A DNA stretch of 63,967 bases, filler included, from Stramenopiles sp. TOSAG23-2 (taxonomy: Eukaryota): NCBI GenBank assembly GCA_900128395.1. It is 4 parts of 4 records of this genome, joined end to end, with 100 filler letters (N's around TTAATTAATTAA, not from the genome) between each part and the next. Parts side by side here need not be neighbours in the genome. Positions count along the whole stretch, not along the records: positions 1 to 16,406 come from LT649678.1; positions 16,507 to 32,886 come from LT649679.1; 2 more parts are not named here. One strand, 5' to 3'. This document shows, piece by piece, positions 11,023 through 22,606 of this stretch. Both the position numbers and the translations under genes were made by a program. The notes under the pieces are model-generated. The model did not search any database and was not told the DNA's origin. It saw only the letters and a list, made by a program, of their open reading frames with translations. Position 1 is the stretch's first letter; each line of letters begins with the position of its first letter.

Positions 11023-11932
11023 CTTAGTTCCTGGTAGTATAAATTATAATGCAGTGAAAACTACTGGACAATCTTCACCACGTTCGCCACCACGATCTTT
11101 TGGTGAAGAAAATAAAGCATTCCTGGCTGATGCATTGCAAAATTTAAGCTTGCAAGATAAATGTGCGTTAAAAATTGGTCTTGAATCACTGGAAGGTGCT
11201 GGCGCGAATAGTGAATTAAATACGACTACTACCACTACAACTGTAAATAATACTACGGATATATATCATGCAAACAATAATACAAATAGTTTTTTTATTG
11301 GTCATGGTGGTAATGGAATTGCAGGGACAATGCAACAACACCACCATACTATGAGTAGTAACAATGAAAGCAGTTGTACCGAAGATGAATTATTTAGCGA
11401 TGTAGCGTCTGTTTTATCAGAAGCTGATATTGCATCGGTTATATCTAATGAATCGGAACAACTAGATATTGTTATCTCAGCAATGAATAGCGATGAAAAA
11501 GAAATTGTTGATGAGGAAGTTGTTAAAATACAAAAAAATGTAAAACGTTGGCTCATGCAGAAAAATTTTGAAACAATACGATCAGCAGCAAAGAAACTTT
11601 CATCTACACGCCATGCAATTTTAACACGTAGGCAATTTGTTAGAAAGAAAAAAGCTGCTACGGCACTTCAAGCTGCAGCTCGTGGTTTAAGAGATCGACG
11701 TGAGTTTGAACAAATACGACAGAAAGCAAGTGCAACATTAGTTATTAATAAACATGTGCGAGAATGGTTAAAACGGAAAAAAGATGAAACACGATTAGAA
11801 ACGGTAGATGAGATTGATGATAGTAGTTCAGTCGATAATAATGTTGAAAATCGACCAAATCATTTAATGCCAGAAGAAATGATGATGATGGAAGAAGATG
11901 GAGAGGAGAATGATGGTATTGATGAGTTGTAA
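8684..11932 (+). CDS. CAMTA-like calmodulin-binding transcription activator (CG-1, TIG-like, ankyrin, IQ)
   Basis: CG-1: KAKTRWLTTDEVYDIL...P.PGQLYLFNR...KKD...VKE...LKI.G; TIG start IVDYSPE; ankyrin GMRPLHLAAMNG; IQ-like IQKNVKRW and LQAAARG. Start at 8684 or 8666. Confidence 0.85.
10982..11023 (+). repeat. (AAC)14 coding microsatellite (poly-Asn)
   Basis: Seen directly. Similar AAC/AAT and (TA)n tracts occur throughout the window. Confidence 0.9.
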
Positions 11933-12172
11933 AATGATTTTTTAAAAAAATACTACACACTTGATTTATCATACTCTTTTTACCTTTTAAATATGTGGAT
12001 ATATGATGCGAGCATCGTACGTTTTTTCGTACGATATGTCATGTACGTAATATTTTTCTTTTCTTCGGTCTACTTCCCCACATATAATATTCTTCCAGTC
12101 CTTATTTTTTCTCTAGTGTCTACCCTGCTGCTTATTATTTTACTCTTGTGTTTGTTCGTTTTTCACACACTT

Positions 12173-13216
12173 TTACTGTACCACACAACCACAAAATGCA
12201 CAAAATGCATCGTCAACAGCTTTGGAACCAGTACCACCGCCACTACTACCATCATCACCATCATCTCTTGTTTCAGCTTGTTTTTGTCGTCTTTTTTTTG
12301 TCAATTCGTTATCCCCTGTGCTATACTTTTTAATTTCATTTAAACGTTGCACACAATTATCTATGTATTCTTCAATTGTCCAATGTGCTCCTGCATGGCC
12401 CTCTTCATTTTGAACATGATTTAATTTAATACTTGCTTTATTTATTCTTGTAATTGCTTTACTATCTGTTTTTACAGTTTCAATTAAATGTTTTACTTGT
12501 CTTTGATAATGTGCCCAACTTCTATCAATATCTTCCTTACTATTTGCAGCGTCTGTTTTATTGGCAAGGAAAAAAATTGGATTGCTAGTCAAGAATGGAT
12601 TATTTGGCTCATCACGTATAAATCGCGCGATCGTAATCGCTTTATCGAATGAACGGACCTCATTTGCATCAAACACTATAATAAATGCATGTGGTAATAC
12701 ACAATCATGTAATCTATTTTGTTTATCTGAAAAACGATTCACAAGTAAAGATGCTGTTTCGGAAGTATCATCGTTTGCACTTGTTGCATGATTATCAGGT
12801 TTCCGATTCGTCAATATTTTAACCTCTTCTGTATTTGGTGCGACATCTTTGTGTACTTCACCTGGCACGTCAATCATCTGCACCCCGTATCTATCTAAAA
12901 TTTTACCCTCTCCTTTTTTTTTTCGTTTCTTCCGCTTTTTCTTCTTTTTACGACTAGCAGTGTCTTCATCATCATTATCATTTTGAGTAACTCTTTCATC
13001 TGGATCTTCTTTTAATAAACTTATCATTCGTCTAGAAAAATCGCGACAAAAGAATTTCGGGCGTTGTGTATGTTTGTATACTGAAAACATATGGTTTGAA
13101 TTGTATAAAGTACATAATGATGTTTTACCGACTTCTGGTGAGCCTAATATACAAAATCGAAATACTTTAATTGGTTCAACTTTTTTCTTTTTTTTCGGAG
13201 CAGAAGTGCTAAACAT
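12173..13216 (-). CDS. Divergent Ras-superfamily small GTPase with CAAX box
   Basis: G1 GSPEVGKTS, G3 DVPGE, G4 NKTD, C-terminal CAFCGCVVQ. Confidence 0.85.
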   Translation of the reverse strand: MFSTSAPKKKKKVEPIKVFRFCILGSPEVGKTSLCTLYNSNHMFSVYKHTQRPKFFCRDFSRRMISLLKEDPDERVTQNDNDDEDTASRKKKKKRKKRKKKGEGKILDRYGVQMIDVPGEVHKDVAPNTEEVKILTNRKPDNHATSANDDTSETASLLVNRFSDKQNRLHDCVLPHAFIIVFDANEVRSFDKAITIARFIRDEPNNPFLTSNPIFFLANKTDAANSKEDIDRSWAHYQRQVKHLIETVKTDSKAITRINKASIKLNHVQNEEGHAGAHWTIEEYIDNCVQRLNEIKKYSTGDNELTKKRRQKQAETRDDGDDGSSGGGTGSKAVDDAFCAFCGCVVQ

Positions 13217-14083
13217 GATTATTTGCTACTATTAATAATTCTATATATATATATCAAAAGGGTGGAGTGGTATAGTCTTTTAACAATATAGGGTAGTAGA
13301 TATACTTGTTTGTGAGCGTTGTGGATTGTAGAAGATTATATACGAGATGCGTTTGTCAAAATGTTATATATTTTATGTATTACATATTATGGTGTTATGA
13401 AATGATTCGATTTGTAAAGTATGTGTGCAGTCGTGTAATAAGATATATATTAATATTATTATTATAATGTTGTATAGTAGTAGTATAGTATAAGTTGAAT
13501 GATGATGGGGCCCCCCAAATTTTCTATATGTGTTGATTAGCATGAAATACCATTACAATAAAAAGAAAACCATTATAAAAATAATATAAAAGGATTTATA
13601 TATATTAATGATTAAAATCTAAGTTATAATAATTTTACACTTCTCGTATTAAGTAATTATGTGCTCAATACTCAAGCGCAAGAATAAGATTCTATCCTAC
13701 TATAGTGAAGCTCTAATGCACCTCTGCAAACTAATACTCCACAAGCACGAGTAGGTTTCTATATCCTCTATTTTTATATATATTACATACTACACTCTTC
13801 TTTTGTGTGTTTCTTTTTATATATAAAAAAATCTTTATCTCGTATATATATTTTCATTATCTAATATATATACGCGTATCCAATCTTCACTATAGAATTA
13901 AAATATCACAAAAACCAAAATGATCTCCAAGTGTAATAAAATGTGAGAGCCAAATATGTGTGTAACTCTCCGTGTGTGTGTTTGTGAGTAAGGAAAAAAA
14001 CAACCAACACATCACGTCGTTGCAGCTACCATGTTATTGATTATATATTAATATTATTATATAAATATGATCCATCTCAACAT

Positions 14084-15060
14084 TTATAATTTTGTTACAC
14101 CTTCTTTTGTTACTTCATATTTTGCAGTACGCATTGTAACAAATTCTTCTGCAGCAGTTGGGTGTATACCAACAGTTAAATCCAATTGTTTTTTTGTACC
14201 TAGATAATAAGAAAAAGTTAAAATTGATGTTAGTATATGTGCATATGGTATATTGTGTAGAAAAATATATGTAAAAATACACTTACATCCACATTTAATT
14301 GCTGTGGCAAATCCTTGCATAATTTCACCTGCACCATCTCCAACCATATGTAAACCAACAACTCTATCTGTAGCAGTATCGACACAGATCTTCATGTAAT
14401 CTTTTCCACGATCAGCAATTGGAGTTTCAACTTGTCCAACATGATTTTTTAATGGCGTGTATCTTGAAGTATATACAGTCACTTTACCATATTTGTTCAC
14501 AGCTTCTGATTCTGTTAAACCTACTGTACCAACATTTGGATATGAAAAAACAGCTGTAGCGACACTTTCTAAATCTGGCAAACGTGGTTTTTTACCATAA
14601 AATGTATCAGCAAAACAATGGCCTTGTTCCAATGCAACAGGTGTCAATTTCGCAGCTGAGGTACAATCGCCAAGTGCATAAATACTATCACAACTAGTTT
14701 TTCCTTGTTCATCCGTAATAATTTCTCCTGTCTTTTCATCAATTTCTACTCCAGCTTTTTCAAGTCCTAAACCATCTAATTTTGGTTTACGTCCAGTAGC
14801 TGCTAAACATAAATCGACACCATCAAGTAACGCTGCTGTACCATTTGCACTATTTGATCCACTTGGTTGTAAATCAACACTATAATTTTCTTCACCAACT
14901 TTTTTAATTTCATTAATAGATACATTTGTATGTACATGAAATCCTTCTTTCACTAATTCCTCCGTTAAATGACGTCGGATATCTTTGTCAAAACCTCTTA
15001 AAACCTGTACATGATGTATGTGATATAATATAAATATAAGCGTTAGCGATGTTATAATTA

Positions 15061-15091
<31 letters not shown>

Positions 15092-15929
15092 ATGTCTGGT
15101 GGTAGGCAATGTGTGTGTGTGTGTGTGTTTACGCTAACGTCAGTGTGAAAGAAAGTGTTTATATCATAATATGTATTTATCATAAATGAGTACAAGTATA
15201 AAAGTGTCATCATTCGCTAGCTTTATATATGTAGATGTGTGGCATAGTTATAAGATGCAGATATCATATATGTATTAATACATCAGATATACTTACATGA
15301 TCTCTTCTAATGACAATATGTACTTCTGCACCATAGCCTTTAAATATTCCAGCAAATTCAACAGCAATATAACCACCACCCCAAACAACAACTTTTTTTG
15401 GTGCTTTTTTTAAAAAGAAACATTCATTTGATGTGATTAAATGCTCATTTCCACCTTTTGGAATTTTTGGTACATAAGGCCATCCACCAACAGATACTAA
15501 TATTTTTTCCGCCGTTCTTTTTGTTCCATCTGCTAATTGTACAGTATGTGCATCCACAACTTCTGCGCGTTGCTTGATTAAATCTGCACCTGCATTAACT
15601 GCCATGCGTTCATAAATGCCATTTAAACGTGTAATCTCTAAATTCTTGTTTTCAACTAAGGTTGGCCATGTTACAGTTGGTCTGTTTTTAGGATCAACAT
15701 TGTAACCAAAACCAACTTGATCTTTCCAATGGTGACCATGTAAAGAACCATATACAAATAATTTCTTAGGTACACATCCAACGTTTACACATGTACCTCC
15801 AAGGCCAACTGCCAAATCATCCGCAACGGCTACATTTGCACCATACCCACCTGCAATACGAGTAGCGCGTACACCACCACTGCCACATCCAATGACAAAT
15901 AAGTCATGATCATATTTTGTTGTTGCCAT
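14084..15929 (-). CDS. GSR: Glutathione reductase, 3 exons: 15929-15297, 15004-14287, 14199-14084
   Basis: FAD motif GCGSGG, redox GGTCVNVGCVPKK, GGGYIAVEFA, C-terminal GIHPTAAEEFVTMR. GTAAGT..AG introns 15296-15005 (292 nt) and 14286-14200 (87 nt) restore RRDH|VLRGFD and KCGC|TKKQLD. Confidence 0.93.
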
Positions 15930-16406
15930 TATTTTATTATTATTATTTTTATATCTTTGGTATATATAAATGTTGTAAAAAAAATATATAATATATATAT
16001 AAAAAAAAAGGCTTGTATAATTTTAATTATTATTTGATAAAACAAAAGACAAAAATATTGGTATAATTTTTCTATTTACTATTAGTGGTAATATTTATAC
16101 GTGTTTATAAATATATATATATATATATATATTCAATCGATGCACACACAGACAGACACACTGATGTAATTACATGTATCTATACATACATATCAGAATT
16201 TATATATGGAGCTTCATTGTTGCCATTCAGAAGAAGAACAACAATAACAATAATCTTCATTATTCATATTTTATATTCCGGAATAATAGTACATACATGA
16301 ACACAGCAGGTTCTACGACATAAGAATCATATATAACCTAACAAGTACAAATACCTAGCAAAAGCAACATTCTAATAATTATAATTTCATATATATATAT
16401 TTGTAA

Positions 16407-16506
16407 NNNNNNNNNNNNNNNNNNNNNNNNNNNNNNNNNNNNNNNNNNNNTTAATTAATTAANNNNNNNNNNNNNNNNNNNNNNNNNNNNNNNNNNNNNN
16501 NNNNNN
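16407..16506. other. Artificial contig linker N44-TTAATTAATTAA-N44
   Basis: Same 100-nt construct occurs three times; the core gives stops in all six frames. Confidence 0.98.
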
Positions 16507-17067
16507 ATAAATATGTAAATTGATATTTCAGGAATATAGATAAATGATTTCATTGTAAATTTATAGTAGAAAAAGGATAAGAAATATATTTTCATCATTT
16601 TTTATATATTTTCGGATATTTGCTATTTTTTACAAACATATGAAAAATAAAATTGGCATTTTAGAAAACGATATATATATATTTCCCATAGTGAATAGTG
16701 TTAATTTGTAAGTGTACAGTTTTGCCGACTATAAAATGAACAAATAAAATCACATAAAATATATATAGATAAATATACTTAGTAGTATATATGAAATAAA
16801 TATAATTTGCCCGCCACGTGCCCACCACCGGATTCTTGGCGGCTCGCTGCTCGCTGCTCTTCTGTGTGTTGTCTGTGTATCCTTTTTTCTGAATTGATTT
16901 GTTTTAACGCTTCTGTACATACCAGTCTACCTTCATAGATGATTAGTAGTCGTCTATATACACATTACAAAATAATACAAGACTAGACGTACAGTTGGAG
17001 CTGTAAGCGTCATACTATTTAAAAATAATTTGTTCTCCTATAGTATAGTATTTGGGCGAAATTTAAG

Positions 17068-19974
17068 ATGGGATGTATCCAAGATGCATTTGCTGATCAT
17101 TCTTTTGATTGGGTATATTTATTGGAGAAAAAAAGATGGGAGCCTCTGAGGAGATTATTTGAAATAAGAGCAGGGACTGCAAAGCAGCAACATAAGGAAT
17201 CGGGAGATTTGCCCATTCACGAAATGTTGAAGTATCCTGGCATCCCGTTTGATATTGTTCAATTATGTTTGAATTGTTATACGGGAGCAGCTCTAATAGA
17301 AAATAGTGTTGGCGAGTTGCCGTTTGTAATAGCTATACATAATAAATTGGAAGTTAAAAGGTTACAAATGATTATTGAAGCAAATCCAGCACAGGTCTGT
17401 AGCCAAAGATGCAAAGCAGTAAATGAACTGCCGCTACACATGTTGTTAAAACGCCAGAAACCAATTAATATGGTTTTGTTTGAGTTGATATTAAAAAGTT
17501 TTCGAGATGCAACAAAGCAGACAGATATTTCTGGGCTAATACCATTACAATTGGCGTGTAAAATGAATACGAATAAAAAAATTATTATTGCGCTTACCGA
17601 AGCTTATCCAGCAGGGGCTGCTGAGACCCTGCCTGGTTTTACAAGTCTCGTTCAATGGGCGTTTAAAACGATTAAAAATTTGCAAGATCAAATGGAAGTT
17701 ATTTCAGCATTAATACGTGCAGATCCAACTAGTGCTAGCTATGTTGATGAACAAAATAATTTACCGATTCATTATATATGCGAACGAGAAAATACGCCAC
17801 TTGATTTTATAAGAACCGTTTTTAGAGCATACCCAGGGTGCCTTTCAAAAAAAGACGAAGATGGAAATACCCCATTACATAGTGCGGTTGAGACATTAAG
17901 TGGTAATACAGTCGAGCAGGTGGTAAATATGTTTTTGGACGAGTCAACAAAATGTGCAGCAATCCAAGACGGAGACGGCAATATGGCATTACATAGCGCT
18001 TGTCAATGTCGTAAACCTTCATCAAAAGTAATTTTAAGATTGATACAAGCAAATCCAGAAGCATTAAAAAAACGTGTTAAAGCAAATTCAAAAGCATTAA
18101 CGTTTTTTAAAGCAGATCCAAAAGCATTAAAAAAAAGTGATAAAGAAGGAAATTTGCCACTTCATTCGGCACTGGAGCTTGGTGATGTAATTCAGCCTGA
18201 TGTAATTAAAGTAATGATTGATACGTATCCTGGTGCAGTAAAAATCAAGGATAATGACGATAATACGCCATTACACTCGGCAGTCGAAAATATGCGAAAG
18301 TTTGCCTCGGCAGTCGTTGATATGTTATTAAAAGCTGATCCTGGTAATTATGCCGTCAAACAAAGAGATACAGAAGGTAATTTAGCTATTCATTCGGCTT
18401 GTGAACACCCACGACCTACAAATGATGTAATATTAAAATTGATTGAGCATTATCCAGATGGTCTAAAGAAGAAAGATAAAGATGGCAACCTAGCGATTCA
18501 TTCAGCTTGTGAGAATAATGAACCGAATGATAAAGTAATATTGAAAATGATGGAACTATATCCAGGCAGTCTCAAAACGAAGGACAAAGATGGGAACCTT
18601 GCAATACATTCTTTGAGTGAAAACACTAAACAAATGGAAAATCGTGATAAAGTGATATTGACAATGATTGATTTATATCCAGATTCACTTCGTCAAAAAG
18701 ATAAAGATGGAAATACACCTTTGCATTCTTTCATTGAAAATCCATCACAAATAAATAATCGTGAGAAAGTGATTGGTGTTATGGTAAAAGAATATGAAGG
18801 TGCTCTTGCCGAGAAAGACAAAGATGGAAACCTACCGATACATAGCGCTTTGGCACAAGGTAAAAAAATATCAATTGAAGGCATAAAAGCATTACTTGTA
18901 TATCGAGAAAGTTTACTTGTTAAAAATGCTCGTGGAAATATTCCATTTCATCAAGCATTTAATATGGCAGGTAAAAAACTTGATGACAAAGCAAATGCAA
19001 TTTTAAATGCAAATCCTTCTGCTATGTTAATTTCTGATAGAAACTGTTATGGTAATTATTGTTATTTCTTACATTGGGCTATTGGGACTAAAAAAAAAGA
19101 TTTGCTTAGACTATGTTTAAAAGTGTGCCCAGATGCAGCAAATTGTATTGAAAGAAATCAAAAGACGGCTTTGCATATCATGCTAGATAGCGTGGATAAC
19201 ACATATACAGATGATGATATAAAGGCATTATTAGCATGTACAAAAGCAGAAACGTTGATTAAAAAAGATAAGAACGGTGACCCAGTATTTTTCAAAGCCT
19301 TTACACAAGCTAAAGATGTTTTGAACAACCGATCTAAATTGATTTTAGAAGCGAATCCAAGCGTACTACTTATACCAAGTCGAAATCATAGAAACAAGCT
19401 GCTGCTTGACTGGGCTATTACTACTGCTAATCTGAAGGTCATAATTGGAATATGTCGTATATATCCGGAGGCAGCTTTAAAAAACTTTGATTCCAATCAC
19501 ATGTTGCCAATCCATAAAATATGTTTAAACCGTGGCAATTTTGAAGTTTTAAAAGCTTTAGTTGAGGGTTGTCCTGATTTGTTAATAACTGGAGGTAAGC
19601 TTTATGTATCTCTATTCTGTCTATCTTAACCTTTTCCATTGACGCTACTAACATCTTTAAAAATCTATTTCATAAAAAAAGGTGGCAAAAGAAAGAAATC
19701 TGGGCTGCCTATCCACTTTGTTTGTCGAAATGAGAAAAGTACGCTTGATGTTTTCAAGTTAATTCTTGGTGCTAAATATGAAATGGCAAAGAAAATAGCT
19801 TCAGCATTTGATGGGGAAAAAAAGTTACCACTAAGACTTTGTTACGAGATGGGATTTTCAAAAGAAATTTTAGATTTAGTATCAAACGCAAATCCAAATG
19901 CACAAGAATTTATGTTTGGTAAGATGAGGGATAAATTTCCAACTGGCAATCCAATGAATAATAACCAAACTTGA
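17068..19974 (+). CDS. Ankyrin-repeat protein, 2 exons (17068-19594, 19682-19974)
   Basis: Many KDKDGN(T/L)PLHSA repeats. An 87-nt intron (GTAAGC..TACTAAC..AAG, 19595-19681) joins in frame to GGKRKKSGLPIHFVC. Confidence 0.88.
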
Positions 19975-20486
19975 GGGTAAAAATCGTACCTAATTTGGTC
20001 CGTATTTTTTTTTTTATTTATATTAAATATATATCTATGATATAAATAGTTCGTATGGCATATATGATATTTATATTACTGGTATAATTAAAATTTAGTT
20101 CGTAGTTCGTATTAATGAGATACGAGTACGAGTATAATATTTTAAAATACAATTTAATTTATATGTGTGATCAGAGAGAAGAATCGAAGAATGCGAAGAA
20201 GGCTGTGGAAGGCTTCATGCTGTGGACCTTGTAAATGTTTGCCCCACAACAATGTTAGAAATTATTTATTATTAGAATTATGGTGCTATGGTTTGGGCTG
20301 CTGTGCTGCTGTGCTGTGTCCAACGAAGAACACACCACGAAAAAAAAACAACAAAAAAACCAAAAAGAAAAGATCTATTAAAATACTATAAAATACTATT
20401 TAATAACATTACTGTATATAGAATATATGCATATCTTTTATACTAATAACATAAATAAGACAATATAATACCAAAAGAAAAGAAAC

Positions 20487-20642
20487 ATGCCAATTGTTAC
20501 ATCTGGTTCAAATTTAACCTTAGTTGGGGCATTATTTGGTGGACGAACAGAGCGTTGCCAGTGGATGCTTGAAGAATTAAATGTTGATTATCAACATGAC
20601 CCAATGCAAGTATTGAAAGGTGTTCCTTCCACCATGGCCTAG
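20487..20642 (+). pseudogene. Truncated glutathione S-transferase N-terminal fragment (51 aa)
   Basis: My translation MPIVTSGSNLTLVGALFGGRTERCQWMLEELNVDYQHDPMQVLKGVPSTMA* fits the GST-N pattern R..R..W.LEEL...Y......G. No continuation found. Confidence 0.6.
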
Positions 20643-21109
20643 GGTTTTCTGTCAATTACTATGGACACAGCATTAATAATATCATCAAGCATATACCATG
20701 GACAAAACTCATTCAATTTAAGGTGTCATCACTTTTAAGGGAAAAGGGAAAAGAGAAATAGTGGAGACCTTTTTTGCTTGAGTAGATGTGAGCCTCTCAT
20801 TTTGCCTTGTTTTTTATTAATCTTTTTTTTTTTTCGCTAAACATCATCATAAAAAATAAGTTGATCTCCTATAGTAATTACTATGGACATACCATTGCAT
20901 TTACAACAAATTGTATTAATTGTTGTTGGATGAAACCAAAAAGATAGGGGAGAGAGATAATATAATAAATAGTTTGGATCATGTCGATGTATTTAGAAAT
21001 AGAACCAGCTACAGATTTTTTTTATATATATTTGATTAGTATCTGTATTATTACTACACCAAAGGAGAGAGAGAGAGAAACAGGAAGAGAACGTATTACA
21101 ACGACAAAA

Positions 21110-21337
21110 ACAACAACAATGAAATTGAAATTTTTATTATTTTTATTATTTGCATTATTACTTGCAACATCATTTATTAACCACGTTCATGGTCAAGATG
21201 ATGAGGATGAAGACGATGAGGATACAACAACAATGAAATTGAAATTTTTATTATTTTTATTATTTGCATTATTACTTGCAACATCATTTATTAACCACGT
21301 TCATGGTCAAGATGATGAGGATGAAGACGATGAGGAT
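21110..21337. repeat. Exact tandem duplication, 114-nt period, in frame
   Basis: ACAACAACAATGAAATTG...GATGAGGAT occurs twice; ATGs at 21119 and 21233. Confidence 0.95.
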
Positions 21338-22060
21338 ACTTATGATGACGCAGCTGCTGAAACTGCTGAAGAAGCCGAGGAGGAGGAAGACAACGACAAC
21401 ATGTACGAGCCTGATGCTGGACAAGGAAGCGCTCATCCATTGACCGATATGCCAGAATCCTCCCCAGATGTTCTTACTGCATATGTATTCCCAAAACGAT
21501 CTATCTCGGACGGATTACCAGTTGGTGAAGAAACAAAAGTTGTTGTTGGTATTATTAATAATGGCGAACATAGTGTTAACGTTACACGTGCTATGGGAAG
21601 TATCAACTCACCATTTCAATTTAGTTTCCACGTTCAAAATTTCACCATGCGCGGATACCAACCACAAGTGGAAGTACCACCAGGTGAAGAACGTAACATC
21701 GAATTTGCATTTACACCAAGAGATGATATCGAAGCAGTTGACTTTACTGTATGTTTAACAGTATTTTATGAAGACGATGAAGAAACTTTCAGCACACAAT
21801 TCTTTAATAGTACTGTTAAATTTTATGAACCAAACAAAGGTATGGACGCACAATCCGTATTGTCAATGTTCCTTCTTCTAGGATTTGTTGGTGCTGTTGG
21901 ATATTTTGTATCAGGATCACTAATGGGCAAGAGAAAAGGTGTTTATTCCAGTTCCTCCGGTGCAGGTAATGATGAAGAGTGGGTGAATACAGATTTTGTG
22001 GAATCCAAAAGTAGTGGTAGAAGAGGAAGTCCAAAAAAAAATAAAAGAAAATCAAATTAA
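21119..22060 (+). CDS. SSR1: Translocon-associated protein alpha (TRAP-alpha) with duplicated signal peptide
   Basis: Signal peptide, acidic tract, GSINSP..F...VQNFT, TQFFNSTV.F.E, single TM, DEEW basic tail. ATG at 21119 or 21233. Confidence 0.9.
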   Translation: MKLKFLLFLLFALLLATSFINHVHGQDDEDEDDEDTTTMKLKFLLFLLFALLLATSFINHVHGQDDEDEDDEDTYDDAAAETAEEAEEEEDNDNMYEPDAGQGSAHPLTDMPESSPDVLTAYVFPKRSISDGLPVGEETKVVVGIINNGEHSVNVTRAMGSINSPFQFSFHVQNFTMRGYQPQVEVPPGEERNIEFAFTPRDDIEAVDFTVCLTVFYEDDEETFSTQFFNSTVKFYEPNKGMDAQSVLSMFLLLGFVGAVGYFVSGSLMGKRKGVYSSSSGAGNDEEWVNTDFVESKSSGRRGSPKKNKRKSN

Positions 22061-22250
22061 AAGAAAAACAAAAATCATATGGTAAAACAGAATGAAAAAA
22101 CAAAAACGCAAAATATAATAACAAGAAAAAAAGTGGTAGAAGAGGAAGTCCAAAAAAAAATAAAAGAAAATCAAATTAAAAGAAAAACAAAAATCATATG
22201 GTAAAACAGAATGAAAAAACAAAAACGCAAAATATAATAACAAGAAAAAA
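22013..22250. repeat. Tandem duplication, 119-nt period (TRAP-alpha stop and 3' UTR)
   Basis: AGTGGTAGAAGAGGAAGTCC... at 22013 and 22132. Confidence 0.95.
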
Positions 22251-22606
22251 GAATGTGCAATATGAGGCATGATGTAAGCAAAGTGTTTTTTAAAAAAAAT
22301 ATTTTTAAATTTTATTTTTCGTATTTTTTTAATATTTTACTAAAAATTTTAAATATGTACATGTTATCATATCAATATCATAACACAAATTATTTTTTAT
22401 TTTATTTTAATTTTTATAAAAACACAAGCTATCATATCAGAGAGTAAAAACTGTGCTACTAAATTTAACCCCCCTTTTCAAATTTTTTGTTATCAATCTC
22501 CTTCATATATACTTGGTATTATTGTAATATATTATGCCCATGTATCTTTTGTGTGTGTGTATTTTATTTTTTACATTTTTGTTTCATTTGCTATTCGTAA
22601 CAACAT

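Noticed and set aside
16451-16462. TTAATTAATTAA palindrome as a biological site
   Set aside because: Identical N-flanked construct three times; the segments are 16406, 16380 and 16360 nt, consistent with size-sorted contig concatenation.
20981-21118. N-terminal extension of TRAP-alpha from the ORF track
   Set aside because: Translates UTR-like GA/CA repeats; the signal peptide starts at 21119 or 21233.
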